DNA of 63,979 nucleotides, counting the filler, from Malassezia furfur (Eukaryota): assembly GCA_052055015.1 (NCBI GenBank). It is 6 parts of 6 records of this genome, joined end to end, with 100 filler letters (N's around TTAATTAATTAA, not from the genome) between each part and the next. Parts side by side here need not be neighbours in the genome. Positions count along the whole stretch, not along the records: positions 33,380 to 44,380 come from JBQJIT010000376.1; positions 44,481 to 55,469 come from JBQJIT010000377.1; 4 more parts are not named here. One strand, written 5' to 3'. Position numbers and translations under genes: made by a program. The notes under the pieces are model-generated. The model was given only the letters and a program-made list of their open reading frames with translations. It did not search any database and had not been told where the DNA came from. Below, one piece after another: positions 34,048 to 46,408 of the stretch; within the stretch, counting starts at the first letter, position 1, and each line of letters starts with the position of its first letter.

Positions 34048-34901
34048 ATGCGCCGCGCCCCGACGCAGACGCACGCGCACGCACACACGCAGCGGCACCG
34101 CGCCAAGGCCGCAGGCAAGGACGCGCGCATCGCGGCGCGCGCAACCGACCCTGGCGCGCCGCCAGGCCGCGCGCGCCGCGCCGTGTTCCGCCCGGTGCTC
34201 ACCTCGCCGTTCGCCGTGCACTGGTACGCCGCGCGCACTGACCCAGGCCCCGCCTGCCCAAGGCCGACGCGGACATGCTCCTCCATACGCTCGTCGAGGC
34301 GCTCGCCGACGTCCCCGACTCACAGGATGCGGTGCCGGGCGCGACCGTCGGCCTGAACGTCGTCACGCGGCTCCTTGAGTCGCGCATCGACGCGGCTCGG
34401 CGCGGCTCGGCGGCCCAGCCGGATGCCCCGCCTCGCTTCCTCCTCGTGTGCGAGGGCGACGTCGACGCGCCCGCACTGCTCGCACACCTGCCGCTGCTCG
34501 CCACAAGCTACAATGCGGTGTGTGCGCCCGCGGCCTCCGATACCCCCCTGCTGCTCGTCCCCCTCGCGGCCGGTTCCGAGCTGGTGCTGTCGACGGCCTT
34601 CCACGTGCGGCGTGCGGCGGCGGTGCTGCTGGACGCGCGCACGCCGGGCGTTGCGGCGCTCGAGGCGCGCGCGCGCACGGCGCTCGGCGCGGAGCACTAT
34701 GCGCGCGGCTTCCGAGTGCCGTGGCTCGAGCAGTGCCGCGGACAGGCGCCGTGGGCGCTGGCGGCGCCGCACCTCAAGCACGTCGTGACGAGTGCGCCCG
34801 TGCAGCTGAACGAGGCCAAGGCCGCGAAGAAGGCGAGCCGGCAGGCGCACCGCGCGGCGCGCAAGGCGCGCGCGCAAGCGGGCGGCAGTGCGGATGCGTA
34901 G
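34048..34901 (+). CDS. POP3: RNase P/MRP subunit Pop3/Rpp38-like (L7Ae fold); intron 34224..34246 (23 nt)
   Basis: Spliced VFRPVLTSPFAVHWPRL, then VGLNVVTRLLE, FLLVCEGDVDAPALLAHLP, LVPL..GSE and VPWL. Confidence 0.7.
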
Positions 34902-34928
34902 TGTGGATCGTCCCTATATACCCTAGCA

Positions 34929-37028
34929 TTAGTTGGACTGGCCAAGTGACGAGGGAGGCACGCCGGCGCCCGGCGGTACCTGCATCGTGGACAGCAGATT
35001 GTTTTCGTAGCGGATCGTAGGATGTGTGTCGGGGCCCATGGGCATGAACGAGATGGGCTGCTGCGGCGGCTGGTACGACAGTTCGAGCTCGGTGGTGATG
35101 TTTTTGAGCACGCGCATAAACTCGGTGCGGTTGTTCCAGCGCGCGAGCCAGTCCTGCCAGTTGTTTTTGTGCTGCACGGCGATGATCAGCCCGATGCTGT
35201 TCATGTTGCGCACGCCGTCGTAGAGCAGCTCGAGGCCGCCGCCCCACACCTTGTCGTTCGCCAGGCAGTACTCGGTGAGGCGCTGGCGGAGCAGGTCGAT
35301 CTTGCTCACGGGCGTGTCGAAGCCGACCTGCAGCGTGAGCACCTCCCACTGCGCCGCGGAGCGGCGTGCGTTGAAGATGGGCTTGCTCGAGGCGAGCTCG
35401 GCATTCGGCGCGATCATCACCTGGTTGAACACGGTGACAAACTCGGTCGAGATCATGCCAAACGCCGTGACAAACATCCACGTGTCGCCGATGCACACCA
35501 GGTCGCCGACGTCGTACGGGTGCGTGGAGAAGATGAAGATCATGCTCTCAAAGATGTTCTTCGCCGAGTTGCCAAACACGAACGAGAAGCCGACAATGAT
35601 CGTCGAGAGCGGCAGCAGGTTGGACACGCCCTCGCTCCCGGTGAAGATGATGAGCCAGATAAAGATGATGATGATCAGCGCGAGGAAGAGCAGCACCATG
35701 TCGAGGTTGCGGAAGGCGGTGCGCATGTCCTGGATGCTGTTGTTGAGCATCGTGCGCTCCTCAAAGATGCGCTGCAGCGTGCCGCGCATCTCCTCGCGGC
35801 TGATCTCGCCGCTCTGGTCCTCGTCAAAGATGGAAAAGGCGTAGTGCGCGTCCCGCTCCGTCTTGAAGAACGGCACAAAGTCGTCCGGCGAGATGGTGCG
35901 CCCGTTCTTGGAGATCGCCAAAAAGAGGTCCTTGGCGAGGCGGCGCGCCGCGAGCGACGACTCGGGCATGTTGATGTCCGACAGCTGCGCCTTCTTTGCG
36001 GCCGACGCGAGCGCCGTCTGCAGGTGCGTTGCAAACGTCTGCTTCCGCGAGCGCATCGCCGCCGCGGCGCTCTCGGCCGCGGGCGTCGGCGTGACGGAGC
36101 CCGAGGTGTCGGCCGTGCGCAGGCCGCCGCCCGTCGCAAACGTGCGGCGTGCGTCGTTGCCAAAGCGTGCGACGCGCGAGCGCAGCTGGCTGGCGCTCGG
36201 CATCGTCGAGCTCTTGCGGCTGCTCTGCAGCTTGTAGAGGATCTTGAACGCCTCGCGGCTGCGGTCGAGGCGCTCGCGCAGTGACGCCTTGTGGAAGTGC
36301 AGGATGGTGAGCTGCAGCACAATCTTTTCCGCTAGCACAATCACCGACGACGCAAACAGCGACTTGATGATGTGGTCGATCGTCGTGAAGTAGTCGGGGC
36401 GCGTGTTAATCGTGCGGCCATCCTGCTCGTACTTGGTGTACTGGATCGCGAGCGTCCCGCCAAAGCTCGCCCACGCCCACACCATGCAAAAGAGCAGCTT
36501 GGTGTAGAGCATCGAGCCCTCAATCACCCGCACCGCGTCGCTATACCAGTCCGGCGTGCGGTTGAACAGCACCTCGGCGAGCTTGCGCAGCGCCGGCGGG
36601 ATCCACGAGAATACCAAGAACGTCATCACCGACGTCACCCAGATGATGGTGATCCACACGCTCCACACCTCGACTTGCGCGCGCGCCGAGTTGGACTCAA
36701 AGGCGGTCACCACGACGATCAACGGCACGAGACACACGCCGCCGCCGAGCACCGCGATCAGCACCATGCGTAACCAGCGCGGCCACCGGACAATCGCCGA
36801 CACGATGCGGCGCAGCGGCTTCTGGCGGCGCCGTGGCTGGGCGGCGCCGGCGCCGGCGCCGGTGGGCTCGTCGGTCTGCCAGTCGAACAGGTCTTCCTCA
36901 TCGGTCTCGTACGGGGGGAACCCGCTCGTGTCGAGCGCTTCCGTGCCGTCGTCTTCGTACGAGTTCTTCTCGGCGTACGTCTCCGACATGCCTGGCGGAG
37001 GAGGGGCCGAGGCCTGCACCGCCGCCAT
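34929..37028 (-). CDS. Second MscS-like mechanosensitive channel with EF-hand (intronless)
   Basis: EKIVLQLTILHFH, EF-hand FDEDQSGEISREE, FIFSTHPYDVGD and HKNNWQD. Confidence 0.9.
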   Translation of the reverse strand: MAAVQASAPPPPGMSETYAEKNSYEDDGTEALDTSGFPPYETDEEDLFDWQTDEPTGAGAGAAQPRRRQKPLRRIVSAIVRWPRWLRMVLIAVLGGGVCLVPLIVVVTAFESNSARAQVEVWSVWITIIWVTSVMTFLVFSWIPPALRKLAEVLFNRTPDWYSDAVRVIEGSMLYTKLLFCMVWAWASFGGTLAIQYTKYEQDGRTINTRPDYFTTIDHIIKSLFASSVIVLAEKIVLQLTILHFHKASLRERLDRSREAFKILYKLQSSRKSSTMPSASQLRSRVARFGNDARRTFATGGGLRTADTSGSVTPTPAAESAAAAMRSRKQTFATHLQTALASAAKKAQLSDINMPESSLAARRLAKDLFLAISKNGRTISPDDFVPFFKTERDAHYAFSIFDEDQSGEISREEMRGTLQRIFEERTMLNNSIQDMRTAFRNLDMVLLFLALIIIIFIWLIIFTGSEGVSNLLPLSTIIVGFSFVFGNSAKNIFESMIFIFSTHPYDVGDLVCIGDTWMFVTAFGMISTEFVTVFNQVMIAPNAELASSKPIFNARRSAAQWEVLTLQVGFDTPVSKIDLLRQRLTEYCLANDKVWGGGLELLYDGVRNMNSIGLIIAVQHKNNWQDWLARWNNRTEFMRVLKNITTELELSYQPPQQPISFMPMGPDTHPTIRYENNLLSTMQVPPGAGVPPSSLGQSN

Positions 37029-37160
37029 CGTCGCGTCGTCCAGCTTTTTTTCCACGCGCTTGGACCAGTCGACACCGCCGGCTGAGTCAGCAACGCGAGA
37101 CGGGCTTGATCTAGGGCCAATCGATGCGTGCTGCGCAAACCCCCTCCCACACCATCGCGG

Positions 37161-38627
37161 ATGGGACGCAAAAAGATTAAGATTGAGCCCATCGAGGGCG
37201 ACCGCAACCGCTCGGCAACATACCTCAAGCGCAAATATGGGCTTTTCAAGAAGGCCTACGAACTTTCTGTGCTGACCGACTCCGACATCGCGGTGATCGT
37301 CTTTGGCCGGAACGGCAAGCTTGCCGAGTTCTGTTCGGGCGACATGAACGACTTCCTCGTGCGCTACACGGAGTACTCGGGCGCCGTCGAGCGGCGCAGG
37401 CCAGAGCACTTTGCCTGCGACGCGTCGCAGGGCGCAGGTGACGTACAAGACGAGCCGCATTTGCCACCATCTACCGGCACCGCCCACGAACACACCCATT
37501 CCCACGTCCACGCGGAACTTCGCGCGCGTATCGAGCGCCGACGACGCTCGAGTGACACCACGACAGACAATGAAAATGCGCCGCCCTACACGCTCGCGTC
37601 GCATGCTGCACGCGCCGCGCAAGCGTCCGAGGCGTACGCACAGGCGCCACTCGGCAAACGCAAAGAGATGGGTGTGGATCTGTCGCCGTCCGTGCCGTCG
37701 AGCTTTGTCGGCGCCAAGGATGTCGCAATGCGCATGGCCAACAGCTGGGATGGTGCCCGTGCACGCGGGGCCAATGTCGCCGGCACCGAGGCGCCACTGC
37801 ACCCCGACGCGAACAACGCGCGGCGATGGAGCAGCGGGCGCGACGACTTTACCACCGCGCCCTACGCGCAACAGCAGCAGCCCAATGCACGGCGGCTCTC
37901 GGGCACGCCCATGACCGCGCCCGAGGTCGCGGTACACGATGCGCCGGGGCGCCTGCTGCAGCCCCCGGCGTTGCCACAGCACGCGCCCGGTCCGCAGGCG
38001 CCCAACGCGCGCCACGGTGCGGCTCAGTCGGTGCATGGGATGGATGCATCGCAGCCGACAAACTTTTCAACGCTGGCGATGCCGCCCAATCCCTCGTTTG
38101 CGCTCCCCATGAATGTGAATTTCTTGGACCCTGCCCCTTCTCCCACACGGCCCGACACACCGAACACGAATGCCACCACGCCCAAGCCATCGAATCTGCT
38201 CGTCTTGCCCTCTACCGTATCGTCGCCGCACGAGCACATCGATGCGGGGGGCGTCCTCGCGTCGCCCCTGACGCCCGTCCATCCTTCGTTCCCCACGTCG
38301 ATCGCGCAACCGATCGATGCGCCATACCAACCGCCCCCCCGACCCATGAAAGTCTCGCCGGTGATGGGATCCCAGGCAGCACACGGACTGTCGAGTCCGC
38401 TGCCGCCCGAAATGAAACGGTACATGCCCGGCCCAGGCGCCGACATGTACTTTGCCCCCTACGAAAAAGCCCCGGCACCTGCCGCGCCGCGTGCAATGCA
38501 TGAGCAAGGCATGCAGGCGTCCGCCGGGTCCAACCCCGGCTTTGCGCTCCCGCCCGAGGCCCCGCTGTCCCCCACGGATGGCTCCAATGCACGCGCTGCC
38601 CCGTCCCTGTTTGTCTCTCCCTCGTAA
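37161..38627 (+). CDS. MEF2-type MADS-box transcription factor (Rlm1-like)
   Basis: MGRKKIKIEPIEGDRNRSATYLKRKYGLFKKAYELSVLTDSDIAVIVF followed by a long disordered tail. Confidence 0.9.
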   Translation: MGRKKIKIEPIEGDRNRSATYLKRKYGLFKKAYELSVLTDSDIAVIVFGRNGKLAEFCSGDMNDFLVRYTEYSGAVERRRPEHFACDASQGAGDVQDEPHLPPSTGTAHEHTHSHVHAELRARIERRRRSSDTTTDNENAPPYTLASHAARAAQASEAYAQAPLGKRKEMGVDLSPSVPSSFVGAKDVAMRMANSWDGARARGANVAGTEAPLHPDANNARRWSSGRDDFTTAPYAQQQQPNARRLSGTPMTAPEVAVHDAPGRLLQPPALPQHAPGPQAPNARHGAAQSVHGMDASQPTNFSTLAMPPNPSFALPMNVNFLDPAPSPTRPDTPNTNATTPKPSNLLVLPSTVSSPHEHIDAGGVLASPLTPVHPSFPTSIAQPIDAPYQPPPRPMKVSPVMGSQAAHGLSSPLPPEMKRYMPGPGADMYFAPYEKAPAPAAPRAMHEQGMQASAGSNPGFALPPEAPLSPTDGSNARAAPSLFVSPS

Positions 38628-38691
38628 TTGTGCGTAGTTCGATACCCTGCCATGTCACGTGCTCCTTACCGCCTTCCGACGACCGTGCGCC

Positions 38692-41600
38692 ATGACGCGG
38701 AGCTGGACGACGCACGGCGCTGCGCGGCGCCCGCACGCGCTGCTGCTCGTGTGCATCGTGCTCGCGGCACTCGCGTGCGTGGGCGGCGTGAGTGCGCGGG
38801 AGCCCAAGGTGACCACCTCGAGCTTCGCGAACCTGCCTGCGAAAGTGAGCTACTTTGACGACAGCAGCGTCGTCCTCTGGCACGACGCGGACGCGGGCAC
38901 CGTGTACCGCAGCGACAACGAGGGCAAGACGTGGGAGGCGGTCAAGGGCCCGCGTGCGGGCGCCGCCTACCTGCTGATCGAGCACCCGTACGACACCAAG
39001 CAGGCGTTCATCTTGTCCAACGCCCAGGAGCACTGGCGCACGCGCGACCGCGGCGCGACCTGGCAGCATTTCCGCACGCCCGACCCGCCGGCGATCCGCG
39101 GGGGCCTGCCGCTCGACTTCCATGCGGACGCACAGCACCGCGAGTACATCCTATACACCGGACGGCGGTGCGTGGCCGGCCTGCCGTGGCAGCGGAGCGT
39201 GTGCCACGACGTGGTGTACTACACCACGGACGCGTTCGCGAGCGTGCACCTCGCCATGGAGGTGGTGCTGCACTGCAGCTGGGCGAAGACGACGCCCGAG
39301 GTGAATGTGCCGAACGCGGCGATGCAGCGCGTCTTCTGCATTGCGTGGGACGAGTCGACGGACAACCGCGCAGCGAACACCGGGACCTCCAAGACACGGC
39401 TGTACGAGAGCGACGACTTCTTCAAGACGAAGCAGGTCGTGGACCTCGGGCTCGGGCGCGACGCGCGCGGGTTCATGGGACTCGGCGCGTCGCGGCGCTA
39501 CCTGATTGCGGCGCTGCAGGCGCCCGGGGCGACGCGCGAGCTGGCGCTGTACGTGACGCTAGATGCGGTGCACTGGCTCCGTGCGCACTTCCCGCACGGC
39601 CAGCTGCTGCACGAGAACGCGTACACCGTGCTGGATGGCCCGCGCTTCCACCTGCTCGTCGACGTGCTGGACGCCGCGAGCCAGACCGGCTCGCTGTTCC
39701 TCAGCGACGGCTCCGGCACCAACTTTACGCTCGGGCTGCACGGCACGCAGCGCAATGCACAGGGCGTCGTGGACTACGAGCACCTCGCGAACATGGACGG
39801 CATCGCGATCGCCAACGTGCGCAGCGAGCCTGGCGCGCATGTGCGCGTCAAGACGATGATCACGCACGACGAGGGGAGCCACTGGGCGTACTTGCGTGCG
39901 CCTGCGCGCGACGTCGACGGGCACAAGGTGGGGTGCGACGTCGCGGACACGGCGCAGTGCTCGCTGCACCTGCACGCGCTCGTGCGCCCGCACAACGCCG
40001 GGCGCGTGTTTAGCTCTGCGGCGCCCGGCCTCGTGATGGGCGTCGGGTCGATTGGCGCGGCGCTCCGCCCGTACGCGGACTGCGACACCTTCCTGAGCAC
40101 GGACGCGGGTGCGACGTGGCGCATGGTCGCGCGGCACCCGCACAAGTACGAGTTTGGCGACCAGGGCGGCGTGCTGGTGCTGGTGCCCGACACGGGGGCG
40201 ACCGATGTGATGCGCTACTCGTTCGACTATGGCGCGTCGTGGCGCACGCTGCGGCTCGGCGCCTCTGTGACGCCGTTCGTGCTGACCACCATCCCGGACA
40301 GCACCGCGCTCAAGTTCCTGCTGATCGGCTCACGCGCCCGCGGCACGGCGCACGACGCACAGCGCCACGTCGCACTGTTTGTCGACTTTGCGCCGGTGCA
40401 GAAGCGCAAGTGCGGCGCGCGCGACCTCGAGAAGTGGTACCCCAGCGGCCCCAACGGCCCGTGCATCCTCGGGCACCGCCAGTGGTACATGCGCCGCCGC
40501 GCGGACGCCGACTGCGTTGTCCTCGAAAAGTTCCGCGACCCCGTCGGGCACGAGGATGCGTGTGCGTGCACGCCCGCGGACTACGAGTGCGACATGCACT
40601 TTGTGGCGCGCAACGGCGCGTGTGTGCCGGACGGCGCGCTGCCCGTGCCGGAGGGCGCGTGCCAGCGCAAGGGCGACACCTTCCTCGGCCCGTCCGGCTA
40701 CCGCAAGGTGCCCGGCAACACGTGCACGGTGCCTGCCGGGCAGCGCGCGCTCGATGCACCCGTGACCCGCGCGTGTACGGACGCGGCGCCGGGCGGCGCG
40801 CCGGGTGGCGCGCCGGGCGCCGTGCAGCAGCGACGCTTTGCGTTCCCTGCGCCGATCGCCGACGTGCTCCACTTCCGGCGGTCGCCGCACGTCGTGGTGC
40901 GTCTGCAGGATGGCCAGGTGTTCCAGTCGTCCGACGACGGCGGCACGTGGCATGCGCTGCACCTGCTCGTCGCGCACTTTGCCGAGAAGCGTGCGCTGGC
41001 CCTGGTGCCGCACGCGCACGACCGGCAGCGCGCCTACATCGTGTCGGACAGCCAGGCGGTGTTCTACACGCTCGACGGCGGCGTGCACTGGGCGTGGTTC
41101 ACGGCGCCGCTGCCGCCCAACACGTTTGCGTTGGACGTGCTCGACTTCCACCCCACGCGCCCCGACTACCTGCTTTGGACCGGGAGCCGCGACTGTGGCG
41201 CGGACGCGCGCGGCGCGCCGTGCCACGCCGAGGTCTCCTACTCGCTGGACAACGGCGCGCACTGGAAGCGTGTCGAGACGTGGGCGCGCAAGTGCGCCTG
41301 GCTGCTCGACACGCGCTTCCACGCGGCGGACGCGCGCGCGATCCTCTGCGAGCGCTACCGCGACAAGCGCGGCGCGCAGCCGGTGCAGCACACGGGCGAG
41401 CGCGCCCTGCAGCTCGTGCTCGGCAACGACTTGTACCGCAAGCAACGCGTGCTGTTCGACAACGTGCTTGGCTTCTCCGTGTTTGAGGAGTACCTGCTCG
41501 TGGCCGAGGTGGTCGGTGCCCCGGCGGTGCTGCAGATGCACGTCTCGCTCGACGCCGAGCACTACGCGGCCGTGCAGCTCCCGCCGCAGCTCGAGCTTGC

Positions 41601-43211
41601 GCACCACGCCTTTACCGTGCTGGATTCGGTGACGCGCGCCGTGTTTCTGCACGTCTCGACGCAGACGGCGCAGCGGCGCGAGTGGGGCGACTTGGTGAAG
41701 AGCAACTCGAACGGCACCTATTACGCGCTGTCGCTCCAGCGTGTGAACCGCGACGCGCATGGGTACGTCGACTTTGAAAAGATGCAGGGCATCGACGGCA
41801 TCGCACTCGCCAACATCGTGGCGAACCCCGACGAGGCGGCGGTGTCCGGCCAAAAGGCGCTCCAGACGCGCATCACGCACAACGACGGCGGGCGCTGGGC
41901 GGAGCTGGTGCCGCCCGCGCGCGACGCGCTCGGCGCGCCGTACGCGTGCGACGCCGTGGGGTGCAGCCTGCACCTGCACGGCGTGCTGGAGCGTCCCGAC
42001 GTGCAGATGACCACCAGCACGCCCGCCGCCGCGGGCTTCATGCTTGGTGTCGGCAACGTCGGGCGTGCGCTTGTTCCGTACCGCGACGGCGACACCTTCT
42101 TGACCCGCGACGCGGGCTTCACCTGGGAAGAGGTCCACAAGGACGCGCACAAGTGGGCGTTTGGCGACCACGGCGCACTGCTCCTCCTCGTCGACGATGA
42201 GCGCCCCACGGACGAGGTGCTCTACTCGCTCGACCAGGGGCGCACCTGGACCGCGTTCAAGCTGGGGGAGCGCATGCGCGTGCTCACCATCGACGCGGTG
42301 CCCGAAGAGAGCAAGCGCCGCTTTGTCCTCTTTGGCCACACGACGCACGCCCAGCCGCGCGCGCTCAGCGTGTTCCTCGACTTTGCCGCGGTGCTGCCGC
42401 GCAAGTGCGTGTTTGACAACAACGCGGACAAGAGCGACTTTGAGCGCTGGAGCCCAAGCGAGCAGCGCGAAGAGACGTGCCTGTTTGGCGCACGCCGCTG
42501 GTACTGGCGCCGCAAGCGCGAGCGCACGTGCTTTGTCGGCGACGACGTCCCGGCGCTCCCGGTGACGTACGAGACGTGTGCGTGCACGGACGCCGACTTT
42601 GAATGGTACGTTTTCCTCCCTACTCACCCAGCGCCTTCAACCACTACCGCGACCCCACGACGCACGCGTGCGTGCCGTATGCCAACACGCCGCGCCTGCC
42701 CGCGGACGTCGACGCGCAGTGTGCGCGCGACGCACCTGACTACGACGGCTACTGGTACGAGGCGACCAACGTGCGCAAGGTGCCGCTCTCTCGGTGCCGC
42801 GGCGGCGCGCGCCCCGACCGCGGCGCGCAGCACCGGTGCCCCCACACGCCCATCCGCCACGGCGCGGGATGGTGGATCGGCGTCGTGCTGGTGGCGGGTG
42901 TGCTCGGCACCGCGTGTGCGTTCTGGTACACGCACTTCAACGACGTGCCCGCGTTTGGCACGCTGCGTCTCGACGAGCACGCGGCGTACCGCGACGCACG
43001 CGAGCAGCTTGGCCTGCTGCGGCACTTTGTCCTCGGCCTCGCGAGCCTGGCGTGGGCGCGCATCCTCGAGGCTGCCGAGCGCATCCCTGCGGTACGCAGC
43101 TGGCGCACGCGGCACACCGAGCGCCCCTTCTCGAGCTACCACATGCTCTCCACCGACGAGGACGCCGAGATGCTGCACGACTACGACTCGGACGAGCTGC
43201 CGCCCCCATAG
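38692..43211 (+). CDS. VPS10: Vacuolar sorting receptor Vps10/Pep1; intron 42606..42631 (26 nt)
   Basis: Signal peptide, two Vps10 propeller + 10CC halves with Asp-box motifs, KSNSNGTYY, VDFEKMQGIDG, a TM segment and a cytosolic Y-based tail (SYHML..DEDAEML). Confidence 0.93.
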
Positions 43212-43297
43212 GAATCACGTGCCTGACCACGCCCACGACGCCTCGACGCGACCGGCGCGTCGACCCATCCGCTGCTTGCCTCCTCTGTGTCTAGCGT

Positions 43298-44380
43298 ATG
43301 CCGGCCCCGTGGCCCGCGCACCTATGCCGCGCCACGACTGCTGCGCTTGTTGTACTCGCGCTCGGCGCCGTAGCCCATGCGCGGCCGCTGAGCGAGACAG
43401 GCGCCGCCGCGCCGGCCGCCGCGGCGTCGCTCGTGCCGAGCCACAGCACCGACGCGTCTGCCATGCCGACGGCACCCTCGTCGTCGATCGCATGGTGCTA
43501 TGATGTGCAGGCGCTCCGCTCGCTCGAGGGACACAACCCCTCGAGCCCCAATGCTCTCGTCGATTACGAAGGCGTTCTTCAAAACTACTACGTGTACATC
43601 AGCTCCTCGATCGCGCTCGCGTTCCTGATCATCATCGTCATGATCGTCGCAGTGTGCCTCCGCGACCATCACGCGGGGAAAAAGAAACCCGAGGACGACG
43701 AGGTGCCGCTCGCGCACCTCTCGGCCACCTCGCCCGAGCTGCGTGGCAGCGCGTCGCGCGACGCTCCGCCACGCGACTCCCCGCGGCACCGGTTCGTCCG
43801 TGTGCCGCGCCGCATCCCGCTTGCTCTGCGCAAGCGGCGAACCTCTCGCATGCATGCTGCCAGCCGGGCGTCGTCGAACGACAACACGTCGCAGCCGGCT
43901 GCAGGCCCCTCTTCCGCGCCGCCGTCCACGGCGCCCTCGCCGCCGCAAACCACATCCATGCACGCCCCCGCCGCGCCCCTCGATACCCCGCTTGCCGAAC
44001 TGGGGCCGCGCGAGGACGAGCCATCTACGCCGCCGCCGCCGCCGCCGCCGCCGCCGCTCGCAACAGTGCCGTCGCGGCACCTTGCCCCGCTGGCGCCGGC
44101 TGCGCCTGCGGCGGTGCATCCCCTGCGCGACCCGCTCCGTACACCGCTCAACCAGAGCGATGTCGAGGCCGTGGACGCGCTCCCGATCGAGCCCGCGCAG
44201 CCCCCGGCGTACATTGCGCCGCCCCCGGCGGACGCGGAGCCCGCCGCCTCGCCCCGCATCGACCGCGGCAAGGGCCCTGCTCCGCCTCTCGAAGAGGCCG
44301 GCGGCACCGACGAACTGTTTGCGCACCTCGCGACCGACGACAAGGCGGTGCTCACCGCACTGCACTCGGCCGCCAGTGCG
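43298..44380 (+). CDS. Type I membrane protein: signal peptide, single TM, Pro-rich cytosolic tail with PPAY (3'-truncated)
   Basis: Hydrophobic N-terminus, TM YISSSIALAFLIIIVMIVAVCL, PPAY and HLATDDKAVL. Confidence 0.6.
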
Positions 44381-44480
44381 NNNNNNNNNNNNNNNNNNNN
44401 NNNNNNNNNNNNNNNNNNNNNNNNTTAATTAATTAANNNNNNNNNNNNNNNNNNNNNNNNNNNNNNNNNNNNNNNNNNNN
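44381..44480. other. Artificial contig linker
   Basis: N44-TTAATTAATTAA-N44. Confidence 0.99.
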
Positions 44481-44484
44481 TCGC

Positions 44485-45435
44485 CTAGATGCGCCGATAG
44501 AGATGGAGGTCTGGGTCAGTAGGATACCACGCGCTGCGTACCTGTGCGATAGGGATACGCAAACACGCCCGCGGATGCGTCGAGCCACTCGCGGCCTGTC
44601 GTGCCGTCGGGCGCGTCGAACACTGCGCGCGCGTCAGCCGCGAGGCGCGCACGCTCCTCCTCGGGAAGTACCGAGATGTACGACTTGGACAGCATGCGGT
44701 CCACGGCGCCGTCCAGCGTCGTTGGCAGCACGCGCCGCTGTTGTATGGGCGGCAGCGCCTCAAACGAGCGCGCGAAGCTCGGCGTGTCGAGCATCTGCTT
44801 CCACGCCATGTGCCGGTACTGCGGGACGCCGTCCTCGTACGGCTCGTACAGATCACGCAGCTGCGCCACCCACGGTGCCGCCTCGCGGTCCTCCAAATTC
44901 CACAGCAGCGCCAGTACCCCGCCGGGGCGTAGCACCTGTGCAATGTGTGCGAGTGCCCGGTCAAAATCGGGGCACCAGTGCCACGCCTGCGCAATTACTA
45001 CCAAGTCATTGTCATGGCCCGCGTCAAATGTGTCGAATGCACCCTCAGCCACATGCACCTGAGCATCGGCCGCCAGCTCGCCGCGCGCCTGCAGCGCCGC
45101 CACGATGCCAGGCGCGTCCGGCGTGCCAAACAGCGAACGGCGTAGGTGCTGTAGCATGCCCTCCGATGGGTCAAACGCGTCGAGCCGCGCGATACCTCCA
45201 TGCCTCGCGCCAGCAGCGAGTAGCTCGCGCGTCGCGATGCCCGTTCCCGCGCCGACCTCGGCGATGCGCAGCGGATGCGTCGCGTGCGGCGCTGCTAGAA
45301 TCGCATCGATCGCCTCTGCGGGGTCTGCATGAGCATCGATCACGTACACGACGGACGCGCGCGGTCATACAGCCCGTTGGCTCCGGTCGAGTCAAATCCA
45401 CGTCGCGCAACGTTGTGCACCATACGTCGCGCCAT
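44485..45435 (-). CDS. Class I SAM-dependent small-molecule methyltransferase; introns 45325..45347 (23 nt), 44511..44541 (31 nt)
   Basis: Spliced YDRARPSYP, EVGAGTG, AQAWHW, LRPGGVLALLWN and SKSYI. Confidence 0.85.
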
Positions 45436-45563
45436 CCTGGGGATATACAATGTCCGCCCACCCCCCCCGCACACTCGCACGTGAGGTGGACCGAGCGCAG
45501 CCGCTGGACGTCCACGCGGGAATTCGGGCAAATTTCGCCTCCACGCTACTGCATCCTACCTCC

Positions 45564-46408
45564 ATGCCCGCAACCGAGATCGAAATCGACACGGTCCTGT
45601 TCGACATGGACGGGGTACGTCGACAGCACTCACACAGACCCTTTTAGACTCCACGCCCGCTGTCAACAGCACCTGGAAGGAGTACGCGGATCTTTACCAC
45701 CTAGACATGGAGGAGCTCGTAAGGTGCACGTCGGCTTACCACAGCTGCACAACGCGCACGGACACCGCACCGTCGAGAACCTCGCACGCTACATCCCGGG
45801 TCTTCAGGGTAGCAAGCTCGAGGAGGAGGTGAAACGCTTCGAGTCGCGCATTCTCGAAATTGCCGAGGCTAAGATCAACCAGAGCGAGACCCTCGCTCAG
45901 GAAAAAGCGATCAGCGAGGGCCGCATCGTCGCCCTGCCGGGCGCCAAGCAGCTCATCGATCAGATCAGTGCTGGCAAGCAAGCCAACCCTGCGCGCCGCG
46001 CCGGCTGGGCCATCGTGACGAGTGGTATGTGCGCATACCTTAACCCCAGCTACGTCTGCCTACGCGCAACGCGCCTACGAGCTCGCCGGACTCGGCACGC
46101 CCCCCACCGTGTTTGTCACTGGCGACATGGTCAAAAATGGCAAGCCTGCGCCAGAGCCCTACGAACGCGCCGCGGCACTCTCCCAGGTCGCCGACATCCA
46201 CCGCTGCCTCGTGGTGGAAGATGCGCCGCCGGGCGTAACCAGCGGTAAGGCCGCAGGCGCCTACGTGCTCGGCCTCGAGACCACGCACGACGGCCGCCGC
46301 ATGTGGGCCAATGGCGCAAACTGGGTCGTCAAGGACCTGTCCAAGGTCCAGGCGCGTTGGGAAGGCGACAAGCTGCTCCTGACCATCGACTCCGAACCGA
46401 AGCCATAA
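45564..46408 (+). CDS. HAD-family sugar/glycerol-3-phosphate phosphatase (Gpp/Dog-like), paralog 1; introns 45615..45637, 45719..45744, 46025..46049
   Basis: Spliced LFDMDGTLLDS, HGHRT, LPGAK, WAIVTSAT, GKPAPEPY and VVEDAPPG. Confidence 0.88.

Noticed and set aside
44028..44056. (GCC)n trinucleotide run
   Set aside because: Ordinary poly-proline coding microsatellite.
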